Assembly: GCA_029932765.1 (NCBI GenBank)
Contig: JAOZPM010000004.1
Location: 4,463-46,450 of the forward strand
DNA length: 41,988 nucleotides
Direction: 5' to 3'
Source: Bacteroidales bacterium
Lineage (GTDB): Bacteria; Bacteroidota; Bacteroidia; Bacteroidales; UBA1556
Every line of letters starts with the position of its first letter. Within the stretch, counting starts at the first letter, position 1. The notes below the pieces were generated by a model, which did no database searches, was not told the DNA's origin, and saw only the letters and a list, made by a program, of their open reading frames with translations. Below are positions 35,996-41,988 of the stretch, in pieces. A program made the translations under genes and the position numbers.

Positions 35996-36491
35996 TAATA
36001 TCTTTCTTATTGGTTATATGGGCTCAGGAAAAACTACTCTTGGTTTAAAAATAGCAAATCAACTTAATCGAAAGTTTATTGATTTGGATCAAGAAATTGA
36101 GAATAGAGAAGGTAAATCCATTACTGAAATATTTGAAACAATAGGAGAAGAAGGTTTTCGGAAAATTGAAAGAAAATATTTATTAAAAGTGCTTGAGGAA
36201 AAAGAATCAATAATTGCTCTAGGAGGAGGTACGCCTTGCTTTTTTGATAATATGGAATTAATTAACAAAAACAATTGTACTGTATATTTAAAAGTGTCAG
36301 CATTTATTATACAACAGCGACTTGAGAAAGAAGTTGAAAATAGACCAATTCTTAATAATATGACTGCTCCAGAAATGATGGAGTTTATACAGCAACAAAT
36401 TGGTGAGCGAGAAAAATATTATCTTAAATCAAATATTATTAATGATGGTAATAGTTTGAATGAGTTGATTAAAATTATTCAAATTAATTAG
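35988..36491 (+). CDS. aroK: Shikimate kinase
   Basis: IGYMGSGKTT, FIDLD..IE, GE..FR..E, ALGGGTPC, RP.L. Overlaps the upstream gene by 8 nt. Confidence 0.93.
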   Translation: MNDNIFLIGYMGSGKTTLGLKIANQLNRKFIDLDQEIENREGKSITEIFETIGEEGFRKIERKYLLKVLEEKESIIALGGGTPCFFDNMELINKNNCTVYLKVSAFIIQQRLEKEVENRPILNNMTAPEMMEFIQQQIGEREKYYLKSNIINDGNSLNELIKIIQIN

Positions 36492-36624
36492 TATTCTCTA
36501 AAACAATAAACTTGTGTTTTCTAGTTATACATATCCTCTTTTATAATTAAAATAATGAATAAAAAGTACTCTAAAAAAAACTACCTTTGAGTTTTTAAAA
36601 CTATATAATAGTAATACAGTTATA

Positions 36625-37593
36625 ATGACATTTGAAGAGATAAAATCACCTGTAAAACAGGAAATTATAGATTTTAATGCTACCTTTAAAGATAGCATGA
36701 AAACTACTGTGCCATTATTGGATTTAATTACTCGTTATATAGTAAAGAGAAAGGGGAAACAGATGCGACCTCTTTTTGTTTTTCTGTCTGCTAAACTTTT
36801 TGCTAAAACAAATGAACATACTCATAGAGCTGCTGCATTAATAGAGCTGCTTCATACTGCCACTTTGGTACACGATGATGTGGTTGATGATTCAAATATT
36901 CGACGTGGCTTTTTCTCAATTAATGCTCTATGGAAAAATAAAGCATCAGTACTAGTTGGTGATTTTTTGCTTTCAAAAGGTATGCTTTTGGCATTAGAAA
37001 ACAAAGAGTATGAATTGTTAGAAATAGTGTCGTATGCCACTAAGCAGATGAGTGAGGGTGAACTGTTGCAAATAGAGAAAGCTCGAAAGCTTGATATTAC
37101 TGAAGAGATTTATTTTGAAGTAATAAAAATGAAAACAGCTTCATTAATAGCAAGTTGTTGTGCTGCAGGTGCTGCTTCAGTTGGCGCAAGTGAGCAAGAT
37201 ATCCTTCGTATGCGTAGTTTTGGAGAACATGTTGGTATCGCTTTTCAAATTCGTGATGATTTATTTGATTTTGATAGAAATACAAAAAGTGGTAAGCCTG
37301 TAGGTGGAGATATAAAAGAGAAAAAGATGACTCTACCACTTATTTATGCCCTTAATAATATGGGTGTTATCGAAAAGAAGAAAACTATACTTGATATTAA
37401 ATATAGAAACAATAAAACCACAATTAATAGAGTTATTGATATAGTTATTAAGTCAGGGGGTATTGATTATGCTCAGAGTAAAATGGATGAACATCTTGAT
37501 AAAGCTATGGATTTAATTAAAGATTACGATGATTCTGAAGCAAAGAAGGCACTTATCGCTTTGGTTGAATATTCAATAAAAAGAACAAAATAA
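36625..37593 (+). CDS. Long-chain polyprenyl diphosphate synthase (IspB-like)
   Basis: GKQMRP, ELLHTATLVHDDVVD..RRG, GDFLL, KTA, GIAFQIRDD, GKP.G.D..E.K.TLP. Confidence 0.93.
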   Translation: MTFEEIKSPVKQEIIDFNATFKDSMKTTVPLLDLITRYIVKRKGKQMRPLFVFLSAKLFAKTNEHTHRAAALIELLHTATLVHDDVVDDSNIRRGFFSINALWKNKASVLVGDFLLSKGMLLALENKEYELLEIVSYATKQMSEGELLQIEKARKLDITEEIYFEVIKMKTASLIASCCAAGAASVGASEQDILRMRSFGEHVGIAFQIRDDLFDFDRNTKSGKPVGGDIKEKKMTLPLIYALNNMGVIEKKKTILDIKYRNNKTTINRVIDIVIKSGGIDYAQSKMDEHLDKAMDLIKDYDDSEAKKALIALVEYSIKRTK

Positions 37594-37603
37594 AACTTAC
37601 ATT

Positions 37604-39277
37604 ATGTATAAAATAATTCTAATATTTTCTTCTATATTATTATCTATTTATGTATTCGGACAAGATACCCGAACTACATTTTATAAGGATAAAATGCCTC
37701 ATTTTACGGCAACTTATATTAATGATAGCATTTTTGATGGCTCGTATGTAGAGTATTATATGTCAGGAAGAAAACGACAAGAGGGAAGTTTTAAGAATAA
37801 TAAGATGGTTGGTCTTTGGGTACAGTTTTATGCAAATGGTGATACTCTAAGTACTATAAATTATACAAATGGGCCTTTTATTATTTGGTTCGAAAACAGA
37901 CAGATTCAAGTTATAGGCCAAGTAAAGGATGGCGAAAAATCTGGTAAATGGAAAGAGTATTATCCCAATGGTATTATTAAAAATACTGAGAATTATAGTG
38001 TTGGTAAACTTGATAAACTGTGTATTTATTATCGTGATGATTCAAGTGTAATTGATTCAGCTATTTATAATAATGGGCTACTACAGGGAGATTGGGTTTC
38101 CTATTATCCAAATAGCAATATTCGTATAAAAGGTAAATACGATAATAATAAGAAAATTGGTATCTGGAAGGAATGGTATCTCTCTGGTGAATTATTAGCA
38201 ATTTCGCCATCTGATAAAGGTAAATATATAAGCTATTATAGAAATGGAAATATAAAGTCTCACGGACAAATTAATAATAGACTAAAGGATGGTGTATGGG
38301 TACTTTTTTATTTAGATGGTCAGAAAAAGGAAAAATATGAATATAAAAATGGATTAAGAACAGGAGATACCTATAAGTTCTATCCGGATGGGTCTAATAA
38401 ATTTGTTGGGCAGTTTGTGAATGATAGCCTTAATGGCCCTGCTAAATGGTGGTATGAGAATGGAAATGTAGAAATGGAAGGTTTCTTAAAAGATGATTTG
38501 CAAGATTCATCATGGGTTTTCTATTTTGAGAATGGTCAAAAGGGTAGTAAGGGAAACTTTGCTGAAGGTCAGATGAATGGTGAGTGGGATTATTGGTATG
38601 CCAAAGGTGGTGCTTTATGGAAGCGTGGTAATTATAAAATGGGAATAAAAAATGGATTATGGTCTACTTGGTTCGAAGATGGACAAAAGCTTCAAGAGGG
38701 TGATTATAAAGATGGAAAGGAATCAGGATTATGGCATAGTTGGTATGATAATGGACAAGCATTAGCAACTGGTAGTTTTAATCAAGGGTTATTGGATGGG
38801 AAATGGCTTTCGTGGTTTAAAGATGGTACAAATAATTATGTATTTAATTATACTAATAATATTAAAAATGGTTCTGCAGTTCAGTATTTCTCAAATGGAA
38901 AAAAGAAATATGAAGGAGCATATAAAAAAGGAAAGAAGGATGGTAAATTCATGGAATGGTATATTACTGGTAATTTACGTGAGAAAGGAAAGTATGAACT
39001 AGGTTTGAAAGATGGTAAATGGGAGTTTTACGACAATAGAGGTAGATTGTATAAAAAACAAGGTTTTGAAGATGGAAAGCCTAGTGGTAAGTGGGTAGAG
39101 TATTATATTAGAGGTAATAAGAAAGCTGAAGGTGAGTATAATGGTGTTCTTAAAGATGGTGTTTGGTCGTATTGGGATAAGAAAGGTGATCTTGTGCTCA
39201 AACAAAGATATAATAATGGAAAAAAAGAAGAAATCTTGTTTGATATTAAATCAGGAGGATCTTTTCCAAGAAAATAG
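37604..39277 (+). CDS. Secreted MORN-variant repeat protein (YwqK-like annotation class)
   Basis: Signal peptide, then almost continuous ~24-aa repeats G.W..YY.NG....EG.Y..G.. Confidence 0.85.
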   Translation: MYKIILIFSSILLSIYVFGQDTRTTFYKDKMPHFTATYINDSIFDGSYVEYYMSGRKRQEGSFKNNKMVGLWVQFYANGDTLSTINYTNGPFIIWFENRQIQVIGQVKDGEKSGKWKEYYPNGIIKNTENYSVGKLDKLCIYYRDDSSVIDSAIYNNGLLQGDWVSYYPNSNIRIKGKYDNNKKIGIWKEWYLSGELLAISPSDKGKYISYYRNGNIKSHGQINNRLKDGVWVLFYLDGQKKEKYEYKNGLRTGDTYKFYPDGSNKFVGQFVNDSLNGPAKWWYENGNVEMEGFLKDDLQDSSWVFYFENGQKGSKGNFAEGQMNGEWDYWYAKGGALWKRGNYKMGIKNGLWSTWFEDGQKLQEGDYKDGKESGLWHSWYDNGQALATGSFNQGLLDGKWLSWFKDGTNNYVFNYTNNIKNGSAVQYFSNGKKKYEGAYKKGKKDGKFMEWYITGNLREKGKYELGLKDGKWEFYDNRGRLYKKQGFEDGKPSGKWVEYYIRGNKKAEGEYNGVLKDGVWSYWDKKGDLVLKQRYNNGKKEEILFDIKSGGSFPRK

Positions 39278-39333
39278 TTTGCTAAAATAGGAATTGAAAT
39301 TATTGTAAAAATTAGAATATATTTATTAATTAA

Positions 39334-41853
39334 ATGCGTAGTATCATAATCATATTTGTACTTTTTATAAGTATTTCAGTTTTGGGACAAAAAGCTGAGA
39401 TTTATGGCAACGTATTTGATGAAAATGGAAAAGTTTTTGATCCAGCAGTAAATATAGCTCTTAAAGGAATTGCAGGAGGTACTACTACTGATAGAAAAGG
39501 AAATTACAAATTAAATATTCCTGCAAATAGTGAAATTATAGTGCAGTTTTCGCATGTAACACATAAGTCAAAGTATAAAACACTAAACCTTAAAGTAGGA
39601 GAGTCTATTCAGTTAAATATTATATTAGATGAATTAATTCAATTTGATACGGTAAATATTACAGCCAAACGACATGAATATACTGGAGTAACTCATATTG
39701 ATCCTAAAGAAATTGAGGCAATCCCTTCTCCAAGTGGTGATGTAATTAGCGCTTTTGTTAAGCAAATCCCCGGTGTTTATTCTAATAATGAGATGAGTTC
39801 ACAGTACTCAGTTCGTGGAGGTAATTTTGATGAAAACCTTGTTTATGTAAATGGAATTGAGATTCAGCGACCTATGTTGGTGAAATCAGGGCAGCAAGAG
39901 GGAATGAATTTTGCAAACGCTGACTTAGTTGATAATATTGAGTTTTCTGCTGGAGGTTTTTCTTCTTATTATGGTGATAAAATGTCTTCGGTAATGGATG
40001 TAACCTATAAACGACCAACTAAGTTTGGAGGGTCAGCATCTGCTAGTTTACTAGGGGGAAGTGTGCATTTAGAAGGCTCTGCTGCTAAAAATAGACTTCG
40101 ATATTTAACTGGTATAAGATATAAAACTAATCAATATATACTAAGTGCATTGGATACGAAGGGTGATTACCATCCGAGCTTTACTGATATACAGCTCTTT
40201 GTTGCTTATGATATTACAGATGATTGGGAATTGAGTTTTTTAGGTAATTATGCAGTGAATAATTATGAAATTATACCTCAAACTCGTGAGACTAATTTTG
40301 GCACCATAATGGAAGCTCTTAGATTTACTGTATACTTTGATGGCAAGGAAGTGGATCGCTTTGTTAATTATATGGGTGCTTTAAATTTAAAGTATCATAA
40401 TAATGAAACAAACTTAGATTTTACGGGTTCGGTTTATCGATCCATAGAAAGTGAAACCTACGATATACAAGGGCAGTATTGGTTAGATGTGTTACAGAAT
40501 GACCTGGGGAAGGATGATTTTGGTGATGTTGCTTTTAATAAGGGTGTTGGAACTTATCTTAATCATGCCCGCAATGAACTAAATACATGGGTTGCTAGCA
40601 TTCAGCATCGTGGTAGTAAAGGTAGTTTGCAGTGGGGTTTTAATTTGCGTAGAGATATTTTGAATGATCGTCTATCAGAATGGAAGATGATTGATTCAGC
40701 TGGCTTTAGTTTGCCACATCCTGATGATAATATTGGAAATGCAAACCCTAATTATTCTCCTAGCAACGAAATACATCTCACAGAAGTAATTAAAGGGAAG
40801 CAAAATTTAAATACAAATAGATTCTCTACTTATTTGATGAATGATTGGGTCTTTCAGAAAAATGGTTCAACTAGTATTTATAAACTTAATGCTGGTGCGA
40901 GATTAAATTATTGGGATTTTAGTAATGAATTGCTTTTTAGTCCAAGAATTTCTCTATTAATTAAGCCTGCAAAAAATAAGGATATTTCTTATAGAATTGC
41001 TACAGGTTTATATTCACAACCTCCATTTTATCGTGAGATGCGTTATCATAATGGTGATATAAACCATAATATAAAGGCTCAGAAGTCTGCTCATTTTGTA
41101 ATGGGGACAGATTATGTTTTTCAAGCATGGAATCGTCCTTTTAAACTTACTGCCGAAGCATATGCAAAATATATGTGGGATCTTATTCCGTATGAAATGG
41201 AAGATGTTAGATTACGTTACTTTGCTGAGAATAATGCTATTGGTTATGCTGCAGGAGTAGATTTTAAGCTTCATGGCGAAATTGTAGAGCATGCCGATAG
41301 TTGGGTAGGAGTTTCGTTTATGCAAACTCAAGAAGATATTAAGGACGACTACTACTATGAATATTATAATGCTGCTGGAGAAAAGATAAGTTCGGGAATT
41401 ACTGTTGATAATGTACCAGCAGATAGTGTCAAAGTGGAACCCGGTTTTATTCCACGTCCGACTGATCAGAGATTTGTATTTAATCTGTTCTTTCAAGATT
41501 ATATTCCTGGTTACGAAAAGTTTAAAGTTCATCTTAATTTAGTTTATGCTACTGGTTTGCCCTATGGACCACCAACACATAAACGATATCAACAAACAAG
41601 GCGAATGCCTGCATATCGTAGAGTCGATATTGGGTTTTCGTGGCAGCTAATAGGGCATGAGACGGTTCTAAAGGCTAAAAATCCTTTACGAAATCTGAAA
41701 TCGGCTTGGTTAAGTATTGAAGTGTTTAATCTATTGGAGATAAATAATACTTTATCATATATGTGGATTAGTGATGTTAATGGGAATTATTATTCAATAC
41801 CTAATTATCTTACCTCGCGCCAAATTAATCTGCGTTTAAAAGTTGATTTTTAG
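39334..41853 (+). CDS. TonB-dependent receptor-like OM protein with carboxypeptidase regulatory-like N-domain
   Basis: Signal peptide; plug motifs NEMSSQYSVRGGNFDENLVYVNGIEI.RP..SGQQEG and FSAGGF..YGDKMSSV; Y.RVDIG; terminal Phe. Confidence 0.88.
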   Translation: MRSIIIIFVLFISISVLGQKAEIYGNVFDENGKVFDPAVNIALKGIAGGTTTDRKGNYKLNIPANSEIIVQFSHVTHKSKYKTLNLKVGESIQLNIILDELIQFDTVNITAKRHEYTGVTHIDPKEIEAIPSPSGDVISAFVKQIPGVYSNNEMSSQYSVRGGNFDENLVYVNGIEIQRPMLVKSGQQEGMNFANADLVDNIEFSAGGFSSYYGDKMSSVMDVTYKRPTKFGGSASASLLGGSVHLEGSAAKNRLRYLTGIRYKTNQYILSALDTKGDYHPSFTDIQLFVAYDITDDWELSFLGNYAVNNYEIIPQTRETNFGTIMEALRFTVYFDGKEVDRFVNYMGALNLKYHNNETNLDFTGSVYRSIESETYDIQGQYWLDVLQNDLGKDDFGDVAFNKGVGTYLNHARNELNTWVASIQHRGSKGSLQWGFNLRRDILNDRLSEWKMIDSAGFSLPHPDDNIGNANPNYSPSNEIHLTEVIKGKQNLNTNRFSTYLMNDWVFQKNGSTSIYKLNAGARLNYWDFSNELLFSPRISLLIKPAKNKDISYRIATGLYSQPPFYREMRYHNGDINHNIKAQKSAHFVMGTDYVFQAWNRPFKLTAEAYAKYMWDLIPYEMEDVRLRYFAENNAIGYAAGVDFKLHGEIVEHADSWVGVSFMQTQEDIKDDYYYEYYNAAGEKISSGITVDNVPADSVKVEPGFIPRPTDQRFVFNLFFQDYIPGYEKFKVHLNLVYATGLPYGPPTHKRYQQTRRMPAYRRVDIGFSWQLIGHETVLKAKNPLRNLKSAWLSIEVFNLLEINNTLSYMWISDVNGNYYSIPNYLTSRQINLRLKVDF

Positions 41854-41988
41854 AAATATACTTTTACATTATTAATCAAGTTTGATTTGCCTATACCTAC
41901 CTTTGTTGAAGTTTTTAAACCAATACTATTTATATCTTCTCATCAATTCCTCCAAAACGCGCCATTTGTCACTCTATAAACTTCAAAA

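Noticed and set aside
37604-39277. YwqK-type toxin-antitoxin module
   Set aside because: No adjacent toxin gene; the label reflects generic MORN-variant repeats.
12472-41532. Remaining small nested ORFs (e.g. 12472-12768, 14634-14837, 18497-18700, 20229-20447, 25318-25668, 32397-32609, 41212-41532)
   Set aside because: All lie within or antisense to confident genes and show no independent coding signal.
41943-41987. Possible 3' end of a minus-strand gene entering from the window edge (FEVYRVTNGAFWRN*)
   Set aside because: Only 14 codons are visible, too few to support a call.

Overview
AT-rich chromosomal segment from a Bacteroidota bacterium, probably Bacteroidales-like. The assignment rests on TAnnTTTG promoter motifs, T9SS cargo proteins and a SusC/SusD pair. 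There are 28 credible CDSs. Most are housekeeping or peptide/amino-acid metabolism genes: LKR-like dehydrogenase, M20 dipeptidase, C1 aminopeptidase, acyl-CoA dehydrogenase, MntP, Rrf2, AddA-like helicase-nuclease, MATE, two thioredoxins, AroK, polyprenyl synthase and a TonB-dependent receptor. No rRNA, tRNA, CRISPR array or intact IS was seen. The most notable locus is the three-gene operon at 2742-10502. Two paralogous 341-aa secreted beta-helix proteins lack a T9SS CTD but share a conserved 31-aa two-strand C-terminal tail. They are followed by a 1882-aa T9SS cargo carrying eight 75-aa 'EYFxDxDPGxG' repeats that look like Ig sandwiches missing their first two strands. I infer a possible scaffoldin-like surface complex assembled by split-Ig complementation; this is a hypothesis only. 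Other leads are a Cys-rich stand-alone IS1595-type Zn-ribbon/HTH gene divergent from the thioredoxin pair, a structured GC-richer element insulated between two terminators (24701-24779), and a Cas4-like DUF2779 nuclease with an eroded exonuclease domain.
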